Below, in pieces: positions 30,347 to 41,246 of a stretch of DNA of 64,000 nt; the stretch's first letter is position 1; each line of letters opens with the position of its first letter. Made by a program: the position numbers and the translations under genes. This DNA is from Gammaproteobacteria bacterium (GTDB lineage: Bacteria; Pseudomonadota; Gammaproteobacteria; Eutrophobiales; Eutrophobiaceae), in contig CBDCTH010000012.1 of NCBI GenBank assembly GCA_965222155.1, forward strand, positions 1,760,001 through 1,824,000, written 5' to 3'. The notes beneath the pieces are model-generated. The model made no database searches and had not been told where the DNA came from. It saw only the letters and a program-made list of their open reading frames with translations.

Positions 30347-32629
30347 TTAAAAATCAAATGATTTGCGCACCGAGAAGGAGACCATACGCGGCCAGGGGCG
30401 GACCATCCCCGGAGGAACCCAGCCGGGCAAACCGAGCCGGGACGGCTGGTTGCCCCCGTTAAAGATATACGCCAGGGTCTCATCCTCATCCAGCACGTTG
30501 TCGATGCTCAACACCGCAGACCAGCCGTCACCGTCGACCCCGGCTCTCAGGTTGAGAATGGAATAACTGTCCATCTCACGATAAGTGATAAAGGTCGGCC
30601 TCAATTGGTTAACCTGGTCATCCACCCAGGAGAAATCGCCGCTGATGAACCCGGTCCAGTTGTTCCACCCCAGGGGCCGTTCATAACGGCCGTTCAGGTT
30701 GAAGGTGACTTCCGGCACATGGGGGATTATGTCCCCATCCATTCCGTTAGCCGGTATAGGCGCGTCCGCGGTCAGTTCCGCGTCGCTGTAGTTAAAAGTA
30801 ACCCCGAAAGACAGCCCTTCGGCAGGATAGGCCTGAGCCTGCACTTCAACCCCAATGACTTCCGCGGTGCCCCCATTCCCCCTGTACGAGAATGTAAGTC
30901 CACCTGGCGCGCTTGCCTGTTGCCGGGCCTGGATATCCGTCCAGTCAACATAGAAAAAGGAACCGTTTAAAATAAATTTGCTATCCGCCCAGGCGCTTTT
31001 GAACCCGACTTCATAACTATCCACCGAGTCGGAACCAAATCCCGCGGGGATGGTCACGCCGGCGATACTGGCTGCTGTCTGATCGTTCGGGCCGCCGGAG
31101 CGGAATCCCTGGGCAAACTGAAAGTAGGCCATGATGTCATCATTCAGATCGTAGGAAACGTTTGCCTTAAAAATGATGTCCTTTTCTCCAAATGCCAGTT
31201 GCGGGCCGGGGCCACTGCCGGGCCTCCCCGGAAAGCCGGTAACCGCTGCTGCGTTTTCCACCAGGTCAAAATCGAACCAGCGAAATCCGCCCGTCACATT
31301 CAACTGCTCGGTTACGTCCCAGGACAACTCACCGAAGAGCGCCTTCTCGTCAACCGAGGTGTCTACCGTACGATCCAATAGCGAGATGGAATCGGGAGTA
31401 ACCTTGCCGGTCACCGAATCCACGGTGATCACCTTGCTCCTGAAGAAACGTTCCTCCGACTGGCGAAAGCCGCCGATCAACAACTGGAACGGGCTGTCCC
31501 AACTGGAAGCAAAACGAATCTCGTTGGTGAATAGTTCGCGATTTTGTGGTTGAACAATAAAAGACTGGCCGCTTCCATCCGCGGGAAATGCCAGGCGAGT
31601 AATGATCTCGATTTCAGCAGAGGCATCCCGGTTAAGATCCGTGTCCCGCTGGAGCAAGGATGACGTGAAGATAACGTTACCCCACTCCGGATCGTATTCG
31701 AACTTGACGTTGTACATGTTGGTCTTGTCAAGAAAACCCGCAGCGGAAAGGTCCGTATTGTAAAACTTCGGTACCGGTCCGCCGTTCAGGGACGGGCTGA
31801 CGGGGAGATCGATTTCCTGGTCCATCCAGCCGGCGCGGCCATGGGTCTTCGAATCCTGGTGCATGCCCAGGATTGAAAATTTCAACGTATCCGTCACCTG
31901 CACAGCCAGCATGCCGCGCAGGGCTTCGGTATTGTCGTCATTGCCGTCTTCCCTGAATCGATTGTCGATATAACCTTCGTTATCGATCTTGATACCGGCA
32001 AAACGAAGCGCCACCTTGTCCTCGACAATCGGAATATTGACCATTGCATCAACCGTGTAACCCAGCCCGTCCGAGTAGCGGGTGGAACTGATGCCGGCGC
32101 CCACGTCCATAGAGGCCTGACTCATGTCGGGAGAGGCGGGGATCCACCTGATTGCCCCGGAAAGCGAACTGGACCCGAAAGTCGTGCCCTGGGGCCCTTT
32201 TAACACTTCAATACGGTCCATATCGAACAATTTGATATCAATCGAGCGCCCCCCATCCGTGGTCAGCATATTGCCTGTGACGACGATTTCATCGAAATAC
32301 AAGCCCACGGTGCCGGCGCCGGCTGAGGTAATGCCGCGTATTATGTAGCGTTTATCACCGGGGCCCTGGTCGACGACGCTTAGTCCCGGTATCTGCCGGT
32401 AATAATCGTTGAAATCAAGTGCGCCGGTTTCCCGCAGACTGTCCCCGCTGATAGCTTGAACAGACAGGGGAATATCCTGGATCAACGTATCGCCGCGTTT
32501 GGTGGCGGTAACCACGATTTCTTCGATCTGGGACTGCGCCAATTGTGCATATCCGAACAGCCCAATGAGTAGACTGCAGGGTAGAAAATAACGTATTTTG
32601 TTTATTGTGTACACAGCGATAGGTTTCAT
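30347..32629 (-). CDS. TonB-dependent receptor
   Basis: EEIVVTATKR, DRIEVLKGPQGT, C-terminal Phe. Confidence 0.95.
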   Translation of the reverse strand: MKPIAVYTINKIRYFLPCSLLIGLFGYAQLAQSQIEEIVVTATKRGDTLIQDIPLSVQAISGDSLRETGALDFNDYYRQIPGLSVVDQGPGDKRYIIRGITSAGAGTVGLYFDEIVVTGNMLTTDGGRSIDIKLFDMDRIEVLKGPQGTTFGSSSLSGAIRWIPASPDMSQASMDVGAGISSTRYSDGLGYTVDAMVNIPIVEDKVALRFAGIKIDNEGYIDNRFREDGNDDNTEALRGMLAVQVTDTLKFSILGMHQDSKTHGRAGWMDQEIDLPVSPSLNGGPVPKFYNTDLSAAGFLDKTNMYNVKFEYDPEWGNVIFTSSLLQRDTDLNRDASAEIEIITRLAFPADGSGQSFIVQPQNRELFTNEIRFASSWDSPFQLLIGGFRQSEERFFRSKVITVDSVTGKVTPDSISLLDRTVDTSVDEKALFGELSWDVTEQLNVTGGFRWFDFDLVENAAAVTGFPGRPGSGPGPQLAFGEKDIIFKANVSYDLNDDIMAYFQFAQGFRSGGPNDQTAASIAGVTIPAGFGSDSVDSYEVGFKSAWADSKFILNGSFFYVDWTDIQARQQASAPGGLTFSYRGNGGTAEVIGVEVQAQAYPAEGLSFGVTFNYSDAELTADAPIPANGMDGDIIPHVPEVTFNLNGRYERPLGWNNWTGFISGDFSWVDDQVNQLRPTFITYREMDSYSILNLRAGVDGDGWSAVLSIDNVLDEDETLAYIFNGGNQPSRLGLPGWVPPGMVRPWPRMVSFSVRKSFDF

Positions 32630-32642
32630 TGTTCTCTCCTTA

Positions 32643-34022
32643 TCAGTTAGTTGCAGCCTGGTAGGCGAATTGTTCGCGCGGGTAGGCCTTGCCTTTGTAG
32701 ATAATCGTCTCTATCTTGCGGATATTCTGAATGTCATCAAGCGGGTTGGCCGTCAGGATCAGGAGATCGGCCAGTTTGCCGGCTTCAACCGTACCCAACT
32801 GATCTTCAACGCCGATCACCTTGGCGCCGTTGCGGGTCGCCGCCACCAGGGCCTCCATCGGGGTCAATCCGGCTTGCACGAAAAGCTTGACTTCCCAGGG
32901 GAGATTGTAACCCTGGAAGTTAAAACCCACCGGTCCTCCTGCGTCGGTCCCCGTGGCGAGCACCACACCGGCCTGGTGCGCCTTCAGGATATTCTCGCGA
33001 AATATCGGGATCTTGTCCTCGGCCCATTGGTAAACCGGCATGCCGGCAACCGCCAGGAAGCGGCGGGTCTCCTCTGCCCGGTAGTCCGGATCCTGCATGT
33101 AATCCAGGAGAAAATGCGGAACGCTGTCACGCAAGATGGGATCGTCCAGGTCGGCAGCCGCCTCATCGTGGCGCAGGAATGCCTCCCACAGACTGTGGGT
33201 GGGAACAAACATCACGTTATTCTCAACCATGTCCTGCAGAATGGTATCGCCTGGCGGAATGGGGTCTTCAAGTCCGTGGACAATCGCGGTAGAGGACATT
33301 GCTACGGCCGAATGGAATTCGTCCAGGTTGATGGCGTGCGTATAGATGGGGACGTTATTCTGTTGAGCGATCTGCGAAATAGCCATCATCATCTCGTCGC
33401 TCATCCTGTTATAGGTCCCTGAAGCTCCCAACCCGTCTTCAATGATCACCTTGAATCCATCCGTACCCCGGCTGATGTAATCTCGGGCGCGCTCCAAGGC
33501 CGCGTCTGCATCGGCCAGAGCGCCGCCGTGCCGGCTGCCCCAACCGCCTTCCGGCGTGAAAGAACGCCCCATGGCATAGATCCTGGGTGACAGTAGCCGA
33601 CCCTCCCGCTCGGCCTGGCGCTGCTCGAATATCCAGTCCACTTTCGAGGATACGTTGAGGACAGTGGTGACGCCATTATAGAGAAAAGCCTTGGGAGTGT
33701 GCTCTATGACCTGGGCTTTCTCGTCGGGCGTGAGTTGAAAGACAATGGGGGCGTCCAGGTGAACGTGCGCGTCGATCAGGCCGGGGATCACGTATTTCCC
33801 GCTGCCGTCAATAGTCTCGGCATCCGGAGAAGCCGACAAGTCAGAACCAATTTTAACGATCCGGCCATCAGCTATGCGAATGTCGATTTCGGCTACCGGA
33901 TCGGCGCCGGTACCGTCGATCAGGGTGACACCCCTGATAAGCAGTTCGCTGCCTGATTCAGGCTCGCCGTCGGAGCAACCCGCCAGGCACAACAGCAGGA
34001 TAATGCATGTGAACTTCTTCAT
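32643..34022 (-). CDS. Amidohydrolase family lipoprotein
   Basis: Lipobox LAGC after MKKF. Motifs PGLIDAHVH, GFK, THA, VHG and GTDAG. Confidence 0.9.
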   Translation of the reverse strand: MKKFTCIILLLCLAGCSDGEPESGSELLIRGVTLIDGTGADPVAEIDIRIADGRIVKIGSDLSASPDAETIDGSGKYVIPGLIDAHVHLDAPIVFQLTPDEKAQVIEHTPKAFLYNGVTTVLNVSSKVDWIFEQRQAEREGRLLSPRIYAMGRSFTPEGGWGSRHGGALADADAALERARDYISRGTDGFKVIIEDGLGASGTYNRMSDEMMMAISQIAQQNNVPIYTHAINLDEFHSAVAMSSTAIVHGLEDPIPPGDTILQDMVENNVMFVPTHSLWEAFLRHDEAAADLDDPILRDSVPHFLLDYMQDPDYRAEETRRFLAVAGMPVYQWAEDKIPIFRENILKAHQAGVVLATGTDAGGPVGFNFQGYNLPWEVKLFVQAGLTPMEALVAATRNGAKVIGVEDQLGTVEAGKLADLLILTANPLDDIQNIRKIETIIYKGKAYPREQFAYQAATN

Positions 34023-34164
34023 TGTTTCCCCCCGAGAAATGACAACACCCCACAAACAACTGTCTCAAAATAATAACAGTACTGTAGCAAAAATCCAACT
34101 TATTTCTGCGGAGTAAGTACAATTCCGCTCTCTTTTTCTCATTGCTCCGGTACGGAGAACAACT

Positions 34165-35457
34165 TTACATCTGTCCCTGTTCCCCAGACGCCGGCAGGGA
34201 TTGTCTGGACGCTATTGAACAGTAACAGAGTGCGGCGGCCAGCATGGAGTCAAAGGCGGAGACAGTCGTTAAGGTGATATATCCCTTCACGCTCAAAAAA
34301 CCTACCAGGAACCCTGTTCCCCATGCCAGGAATGCAGGCAAGTTATAGGCGGGGAGTACTGAGAGTTTTTCAGGCGAGTAATTCTGCCTGTTTACATAAA
34401 AGAAATCACAGATATAAATACCGCACAGGCTAGGAATACAAATCCCCAGTACACTGATATACGGAACAAAGTATGTAACGATATCAAATATGGAAAGCAG
34501 CGTAGCAAGAATGCCGAACAGGGCAACACTGCGCCAGAATTTTACCTGTTTAAATGATGCGGCAATTGATAGACCTACTGAATACAGCATACCCACGTTG
34601 CTTGACATCGTTGAAAAGATCAGGACAACCAGCGCGCCGACGCCGACACCGAGCGAGAGCATGATCCTGATTAAGTCCTGTTCGCCTGAGAGTACACTGG
34701 GTATGGCAGTGATCGTCAATACAATGGGAAATGAGATCCCCAGGGCGAAGTATACGGCTGCCAGTGCGCGCCCGGGATGGCGGGCATAACGCAGGTAATC
34801 GGGCAAGGTCACTATGCCGCCACTGTATGCCCCGATCACAACCGAAATGGCACCACCGATCCCTAACACCCCTGTTCCGGGATTGCCGAGCACTTCAATA
34901 TTGCCTGATACGGCCGATCTGTAAGCCCCATACAACAGGATGACTGCGAGTAACGGAACCATGAATAACGCCATCCTTTGTATTGCACGAAACCCGTAAA
35001 TGGTAACGCCCACCATGATCAATCCACCCAGAACGCCAAGCCATTGTCTGGAAACGTCCATCCTGGTAACGATTGATACGACTTCCTCAGCCGCGGCGCC
35101 GAACAGGTTACAAAGGATGGCAAACCAGAAGAACATGACCAGGGCAATCAGGAAATTTGCAAACCTGTAACCGGCCGTACCGAAGGAATAGCGCAGGATC
35201 AGATAGGTAGACAGCTTGGAACGGGCGCCCACCATGCCGGCAAAAACACCAGTAATCGCCAGCACCTGACAGCCAATGATGAAGCCAATCAATCCCGGAT
35301 AAAAGCCGGCGCCGTGGCTGATATTGGATGCCATTAAAAATCCCGGTACGGCGATTGTGCCGCCGATAATTATGACGGCAATGTGATAGGCGTGTGTTCT
35401 ATCGGTTTCCGGAACCGGTTGATGGGAATAATCGTCGCCTAATTGAAAATGGGCCAT
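34165..35457 (-). CDS. NCS1/cytosine-permease family transporter
   Basis: About 12 hydrophobic segments. Motifs YSFGTAG, WF and PDYLRYAR. Confidence 0.85.
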   Translation of the reverse strand: MAHFQLGDDYSHQPVPETDRTHAYHIAVIIIGGTIAVPGFLMASNISHGAGFYPGLIGFIIGCQVLAITGVFAGMVGARSKLSTYLILRYSFGTAGYRFANFLIALVMFFWFAILCNLFGAAAEEVVSIVTRMDVSRQWLGVLGGLIMVGVTIYGFRAIQRMALFMVPLLAVILLYGAYRSAVSGNIEVLGNPGTGVLGIGGAISVVIGAYSGGIVTLPDYLRYARHPGRALAAVYFALGISFPIVLTITAIPSVLSGEQDLIRIMLSLGVGVGALVVLIFSTMSSNVGMLYSVGLSIAASFKQVKFWRSVALFGILATLLSIFDIVTYFVPYISVLGICIPSLCGIYICDFFYVNRQNYSPEKLSVLPAYNLPAFLAWGTGFLVGFLSVKGYITLTTVSAFDSMLAAALCYCSIASRQSLPASGEQGQM

Positions 35458-35526
35458 CCCCGCTACCGATACAATCTATGCGTATCCCTGTCCATAATGA
35501 CGCATATTCTATTGACATGCATCCAT

Positions 35527-37239
35527 TCAGTCTCCGCTTATTCCTCGCAATTCAGCGGTTGCCTGTTCATCGATCAACCCGTCTTTTATCACAACCCTGT
35601 AGATATTCTGCGCGGCATCTACCGAAATGTAGCCATCCAGAACGTCATTGAAAACCAGGTCAGTGTCCCGTTGTTCCGGTTTTCCGTAACCTCCTCCTCC
35701 CGCGGAAACACTGAGAACATGCTCGCCTGCCGCAACAGCAGTCCTGTGTGTACCCACTATCCTGGCTTGCTCCGTATTCGGGAACATATGAAACGCATTC
35801 GGCTGCGGCCTGTGTCCGCCTTCCAGCGCCCAGGGAGGCGTTTTACTCTTTTTGGTTATTGACAGAAAATGTCCCGGCCAGACAAATCGTATGTCCCGGT
35901 AAATTCCCAGACCACCCCTGAATTTTCCTGCGCCGCCACTGTCACAGCGCATCTCAACGCATTCAAACTTCATTCCCGTCTTCGCTTCCATGACTTCAAT
36001 AGGTGTATTACGCACCATAGTCGTTGAGACATGGTTTTGCGCGTTGGCGCCGTCATGGCCGGCCGCGGCTCCCCACCCCACCGGCTCATTATTACTGATT
36101 GCATAGGATCGCCCGCTTGCCGGCTCTTTGCCGTACATCATAAATCCCGGAACATCCCCACCGGAACAGGCTGCGATTCTATCGGGCATCGCCCCGGCCA
36201 GCGCCTTTAAAATCAATTCCAGGGCAATCATTGCCGGCCATAACGTGTACGTCGCGGCCGGGTAAACTGCATGAAACAGGTTTCCCGGCGGGGCAATAAC
36301 CTCGAGAGGACGAAAACAACCGGCATTGCTGGGATGGGTTGGAGTTGTCAGTATTTTCAGCGCCACCTTACCTATTGTCTGGGACAGGCCGAAAGGGATG
36401 TTGACCGGGCCCGTCACGGCATCAGGAGAAGCACTGAAATCTACAATAAACTTATCGTCTTCCACGGTTACCCTGACGCGCAACGGGATAATTTCATCAT
36501 CGATACCATCATCATCCACGTAGTCTTCGGCAGTCCAACTGCCGTTGGGTATTTCCTTTAACGCTTTTCTCGTTATTCTCTCTCCATAATCAAGTATGCC
36601 GGTAATTGCCTGAGCCAGCGCCTCCCCGCCAAATTTCCTGCGTACCTGTTTCAGGCGGCTGATACCCGTCTGTGTCGCTGCCACCTGCGCTTCCAGATCG
36701 CCGAAAACATTCTCCGGCATACGGGAATTAAAACGGATGATATCCAGCAGTTCCTGGTCCGGCTTGCCGCGCTTGTAGACCTTGACTGCCGGAAGTATCA
36801 GTCCTTCCTGGTGAATATCCGTCGAGTCAAGCACATAGCCGGGGTCCTTGGCGCCCAAATCCAGCCAGTGCGCGCGGATACAGGTATAGGCGAAAGGTCT
36901 GTCCTCACCGTCGTCATATACAGGAGCAAACAGGGCCACGTCGGCGGCATGGGCCGAACTCCAATACGGATAATTCAGGACGATTATGTCGCCGGGTTCC
37001 AGGTTGTCGATGCCTACGTGCTCTATCCCTTTTTTCACGGCATAATCATTGGCCCCGAGAAAGAACGCAAGGCCCGGTGCATCGGCGATTAATTCAAGAT
37101 CACTGCTGTATATGGAAATTCCGAAGTCCAGAACCTCGTAAATGACCGGGCTGAATGCAGTGCGAATCAAGGTGCGTCGCATTTCCTCCGCCGCTGAACA
37201 CAAATAACTGTGGATGACTCCGATAGTTGCGCTATCCAT
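35527..37239 (-). CDS. Hydantoinase B/oxoprolinase family subunit
   Basis: Motifs RTAFSPVIYE, NYPY..AH..D, AHWLDLG, QEG, NTPIEVME and DSGGAGKFRGGLG. Confidence 0.92.
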   Translation of the reverse strand: MDSATIGVIHSYLCSAAEEMRRTLIRTAFSPVIYEVLDFGISIYSSDLELIADAPGLAFFLGANDYAVKKGIEHVGIDNLEPGDIIVLNYPYWSSAHAADVALFAPVYDDGEDRPFAYTCIRAHWLDLGAKDPGYVLDSTDIHQEGLILPAVKVYKRGKPDQELLDIIRFNSRMPENVFGDLEAQVAATQTGISRLKQVRRKFGGEALAQAITGILDYGERITRKALKEIPNGSWTAEDYVDDDGIDDEIIPLRVRVTVEDDKFIVDFSASPDAVTGPVNIPFGLSQTIGKVALKILTTPTHPSNAGCFRPLEVIAPPGNLFHAVYPAATYTLWPAMIALELILKALAGAMPDRIAACSGGDVPGFMMYGKEPASGRSYAISNNEPVGWGAAAGHDGANAQNHVSTTMVRNTPIEVMEAKTGMKFECVEMRCDSGGAGKFRGGLGIYRDIRFVWPGHFLSITKKSKTPPWALEGGHRPQPNAFHMFPNTEQARIVGTHRTAVAAGEHVLSVSAGGGGYGKPEQRDTDLVFNDVLDGYISVDAAQNIYRVVIKDGLIDEQATAELRGISGD

Positions 37240-37255
37240 CTGAAAATCTCTAAGT

Positions 37256-39298
37256 CTAAATGCTTGTCTTTATAACCAGGTGCCCAAAATCATCAACCAG
37301 ACAGGTCTGACTCGAATATATAACCGTGGTCGAAGTTCCTTCATCTATGATAGCCGGGCCTTTAATACTAACGCCAGGGCTTATCAGTTTACGATCAATA
37401 AGCTGAAACTCTTTCAATGTCTTATCCCTGAAACAGTAGGCCATTCGGCTGGCGTCAACTTTTTCAACGCCGGCTGAAGCGCTTCTTCCAGGCTGCTTTT
37501 TCAATTCAGGTTTGGTCATACGTCCGAGACCGGTCACTCGCAGGTTAACCAGTTCCAGAGGTTGTTCTGTCCTGTGCCCATATCGAAGTTCATGCGCAGA
37601 ATCAAATAACGAGCGCAAAACTCCATATTCAGGCATACCCTCTACCTGTATTTTGAGCGTGTGTTCCTGGCCCAGGTAACGCATTTCCAGATTCCGGATC
37701 AAATCCTGTTCTTCTGCCTGCACCCCTTGTTCCGTCAGGTTAAGTGATGCCTTTTTTTCCAGAGAATGAAACAGTTCATTTACCTGGGGTAAAATTGATT
37801 CTTCAAGTTCGACAATAAACGTCCGCGAAACATCAGTTGCCATATCCGCCATCAACATTCCCCATGCCGAGAATACTGACGGTACGTTTGGGATAATCGT
37901 AGTAGGGATACCCATTTCAAGCGCCAGTAACGGCGCAACCAGGGGGCCGGCCCCTCCAAATGCAAGAATTGTGAATTCTTTAGGATCTTTACCCTGTTCC
38001 ACCGTAATCTCACGCACTGCGCCTTCTGTCTGGGCTATCAACACTGAAAAGATTCCTGCTGCGGTTTTCAGGACATCACTTTCCATGGGAGTGGCCAATT
38101 CGGTTTCCAGTCCTTTGCGCGCTCCCGCGATATCGAGCGGTATTTCCCCATTGAGAAAATTATCCGGATCAATAAAACCAAGTATCAAGGCGGCATCTGT
38201 CAGGGTCGGTTGTTCTCCACCACGGCCGTAAGCAATTGGGCCGGGTTCCGCTCCTGCGCTGTGCGGGCCAAGCCTGAGCATACCTTCTTCCATCCAGGCA
38301 ATCGACCCGCCGCCGGCGCCGATACAACGAATATCAAAGGTAGGGATTAAAACCGGCATGTGTTGCAACCGGGTTTCATGGATCACATCTGGTGCTGCAT
38401 TTTCAATGACACAGGTATCCAGGCTGGTACCGCCGAAATCCATAGTCAGCATATGTCCCAGTTGTAATTGTTGAGCCAGGTAGGAGGCGCCTATAATCCC
38501 GCCGGCAGGACCTGAAAAGACACTGTCCAACGGCCTTTGTTTTGCTGTCTGCGCCGTCATCGCGCCACCACTACTACGCATTACCAAAAATCTTCCGGTA
38601 AACCCTTTACCTTGTAACTCAAAGAAGAGATCGTCTATATATTTCTCGAAGATAGGCCGGATATAGGCGTCAAGAACAGTGGTACAGGTACGCTCGTATT
38701 CCCTATATTCACGAACAACCTGGTTGGAAATTGATAGCCATATATCGGGGAAAAGTTCGCTGGCAATGCCGGCAATTTGCTGTTCATGCTCCGGGTTTTT
38801 GTATGAGTGCAGACAGCAGATTGCAAGTGATGACACATCCTGATTATGAACCAGGAGATTAACTGCATTGATGACAGCATTATTATCCAGTGCGATATCA
38901 ACTTCACCTTTTACATTAATACGTTCAGGCACACCGACAATGCAACGCCTCTGTACTAACGGATCAGGGCGTTGGTAATGCATATCATACATATGGGTAG
39001 CAGGCAGGTCGCCTCGTCCCAGTTCCAGTATATCCCGAAAGCCCCGGGTGGTAATTACTCCAACCCTTGCGCCGCGACGCTCAAGAATGGCATTGAGCCC
39101 CAGGGTAGTACCATGAACAATTGTCTCGACTTCGCTGAGATTAATTCCCAGTTTATCTACGGCATGCAGCACGCCGGTAGACGGGTTGTGCGGAACAGTC
39201 GGCGCCTTTTCAAGCCTGGTTTCACCTGTTTCTCCGTTAAACAGGATTGCATCCACAAACGTTCCGCCGATATCAATGCCCAGGTTATATTGCCTCAT
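37256..39298 (-). CDS. Hydantoinase A/oxoprolinase family subunit
   Basis: Motifs GIDIGGTFVD, HGTT, REYER, SGPAGG, DFGGTS and AFGGAGPL. TGATG coupling with the upstream gene. Confidence 0.92.
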   Translation of the reverse strand: MRQYNLGIDIGGTFVDAILFNGETGETRLEKAPTVPHNPSTGVLHAVDKLGINLSEVETIVHGTTLGLNAILERRGARVGVITTRGFRDILELGRGDLPATHMYDMHYQRPDPLVQRRCIVGVPERINVKGEVDIALDNNAVINAVNLLVHNQDVSSLAICCLHSYKNPEHEQQIAGIASELFPDIWLSISNQVVREYREYERTCTTVLDAYIRPIFEKYIDDLFFELQGKGFTGRFLVMRSSGGAMTAQTAKQRPLDSVFSGPAGGIIGASYLAQQLQLGHMLTMDFGGTSLDTCVIENAAPDVIHETRLQHMPVLIPTFDIRCIGAGGGSIAWMEEGMLRLGPHSAGAEPGPIAYGRGGEQPTLTDAALILGFIDPDNFLNGEIPLDIAGARKGLETELATPMESDVLKTAAGIFSVLIAQTEGAVREITVEQGKDPKEFTILAFGGAGPLVAPLLALEMGIPTTIIPNVPSVFSAWGMLMADMATDVSRTFIVELEESILPQVNELFHSLEKKASLNLTEQGVQAEEQDLIRNLEMRYLGQEHTLKIQVEGMPEYGVLRSLFDSAHELRYGHRTEQPLELVNLRVTGLGRMTKPELKKQPGRSASAGVEKVDASRMAYCFRDKTLKEFQLIDRKLISPGVSIKGPAIIDEGTSTTVIYSSQTCLVDDFGHLVIKTSI

Positions 39299-40420
39299 CA
39301 ACGGTCATCCCTGATTATCTTGCCGCCTTGCATGACAAAAAATATTTCCCTCAACAGACTGATCTCCTCTAACGGGTTGCCGAATATCGCAATAAAATCG
39401 GCTTTGGCTCCAGGCCTGATTACACCCAGTTAGTCATTATCGATTAACGCGGCAGCATTGAGAGTGGCTGTCTGTATGACTTGCAGCGGGATCAAACCCG
39501 CTTCCAGACAATGTTCCATTTCACGCACTACGATTGGAGCGCCATCATCAGTGTCACCGGGGGGGATATCTGTTCCATTTACCAGGGTAACGCCTGCCTT
39601 GACGGCCGTCCTGATACTCTCAAGATGATCTGCTGCAGCAGAAACGGCTTTGCAGATTGTCCATTCTTCGAACCCATGCCTTCGCATCCAATCCTTGGAG
39701 CGGGTTACGCCAAGCGTAGGCACAATATAACCATCGGCTTCCTTGATGGCGGAGGCCGCCGTCAAATCCAGGTTATAGGTGTGTTCAAATGAACGTACCC
39801 CTGCCTTGACTCCTTTCATAATGGGATCGGAATCACCCACGTGAGCACAAACGTAGGTTCCCTTGCTGTTGGCAACCTCAACAGTAGCCCGAATTTCTTC
39901 GCCCGACATTTGTGATTCGGCAAACGTTTCATCTTTATGTGCGATACCCCCGGTCATAAAGATTTTTATATGGTTTGCTCCGGCCAGCAAATCCTCCCGG
40001 CACTTTTTCCTGAAATCGTCCGCGCCATCCGCCTCAGCCGTAAACCCGTGGCCGTGGCCACCGGTAACGGAAACGCCCAGTCCCGCAGAATATATGCGCG
40101 GGCCGCTTACCCACCCCGCGGCGATCGATTTACGCAACGCGATGTCAGCGCGATTCAATTCGCCCACTGTGCGTACGGTGGTTACCCCGGCCCGTAATGC
40201 TTCCTGTCCCCTGCTGTAAGCACGATAAGCCGATATGGCCGCGTCTTCCCCCGGGTCACTCAAGTGGAATGGAAATACGATAGTCAGGTGAGTATGACAA
40301 CTGATCAGCCCCGGCAATACATAGGCTCCCTGCATATCGATTACCTGCACACTTCCGTCCTGTTCAGCCACCCTGTCAATGGAGTGAATGTTACCGTCAC
40401 TGACAATGATTGCAGAGACA
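39298..40420 (-). pseudogene. Amidohydrolase (Xaa-Pro dipeptidase-like) with internal stop and missing 5' end
   Basis: PGLISCHTH, GGHG, CAH and GTD. In-frame TAA at 39430-39432, then LGVIRPGAKADFIAIFGNPLEEI...* ending at 39298. The 5' end is replaced by a TBDR fragment. Confidence 0.8.
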
Positions 40421-40882
40421 ACCAACATCGGCGCCGAAGTGGAATTAGCGATTCGCCCCGCAGAGGGCCTGGATCTGAACTTCGGCTTTGGTATAACCGA
40501 CACGGAAATTGATGACTTTGATGGTTCCGGAATATTTGAAGGCCACAATACGCCGCAGGTAAACGACTATTCGATTAACGCTTCGGCCCAGTACACGATA
40601 CCGATTAGCGGTGCGTGGTCTGTCACCGGACGGTTGGATTATGAGCACCGGGGTAAAGTGGATTGGGATTTGAACAATCTCGTCACTACGCCAGGCAAGG
40701 ACCACCTCAATTTATACGCCGGTATCGGGAATGGTCATTGGACTTTGTTCTTCTACGGAAAGAACGTGCTGGACGAGCAACAACCGACCGCGATGGGAAC
40801 CGATGTATTTGGTCCCGGGATTCATCTCAGGACACCAAGTAGACCCGCTTCCTACGGCGTTGGCATCAAGGCTGACTTCTGA
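40410..40882 (+). pseudogene. 3' fragment of a TonB-dependent receptor gene
   Basis: GAEVEL, RLDYEHRG, YGKNVLDE and YGVGIKADF* (C-terminal barrel strands only). Confidence 0.8.
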
Positions 40883-41007
40883 ACAGGACAGGCCAACCGC
40901 ATACCGAACAGTCCGGGGACGAATTTCAAACATGCCCCCGCATGTTGTAAGCGGGGGGCCGTCCCCCTCCCCCTTTGGCCTGCGCCGTCATGACATGCAG
41001 TTGCTCA

Positions 41008-41064
41008 TCATTCCAGCATATTACGGTAAACCTTACCGCCTTTCATCACCAGCAGGATATTGCG
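41008..41064 (-). pseudogene. 3' remnant of another amidohydrolase gene
   Basis: Encodes RNILLVMKGGKVYRNMLE*, the typical amidohydrolase C-terminal strand motif. Confidence 0.55.
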
Positions 41065-41073
41065 AGCGATATT

Positions 41074-41210
41074 TGGGCGCAACCCTACGGGCGACTGTCG
41101 CCATGCACAAATTTGCCTGGAGCTGTTGAACAGTCGAACCGCGCGAGACTGGCCCCGAAGGGGCAAAGTACAGGACGTACTTTGTAAATCGGCTATCCTG
41201 CCGATTTGTC
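41074..41210. repeat. Cluster of short hairpins (REP-like composite)
   Basis: GCCCCGAAGGGGC, AAAGTACAGGACGTACTTT and AAATCGGCTATCCTGCCGATTT. Confidence 0.55.
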
Positions 41211-41246
41211 ACCGCATCGCCTGGAAATCCGGGCTAAAAGGTTAAG

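Noticed and set aside
32598-33422. 274-aa plus-strand ORF and the many other short antisense ORFs
   Set aside because: They overlap well-supported genes on the opposite strand and lack motifs.
40420-40548. N-terminal extension of ORF 39430-40548
   Set aside because: It is the antisense reading of the TBDR fragment, not amidohydrolase sequence.
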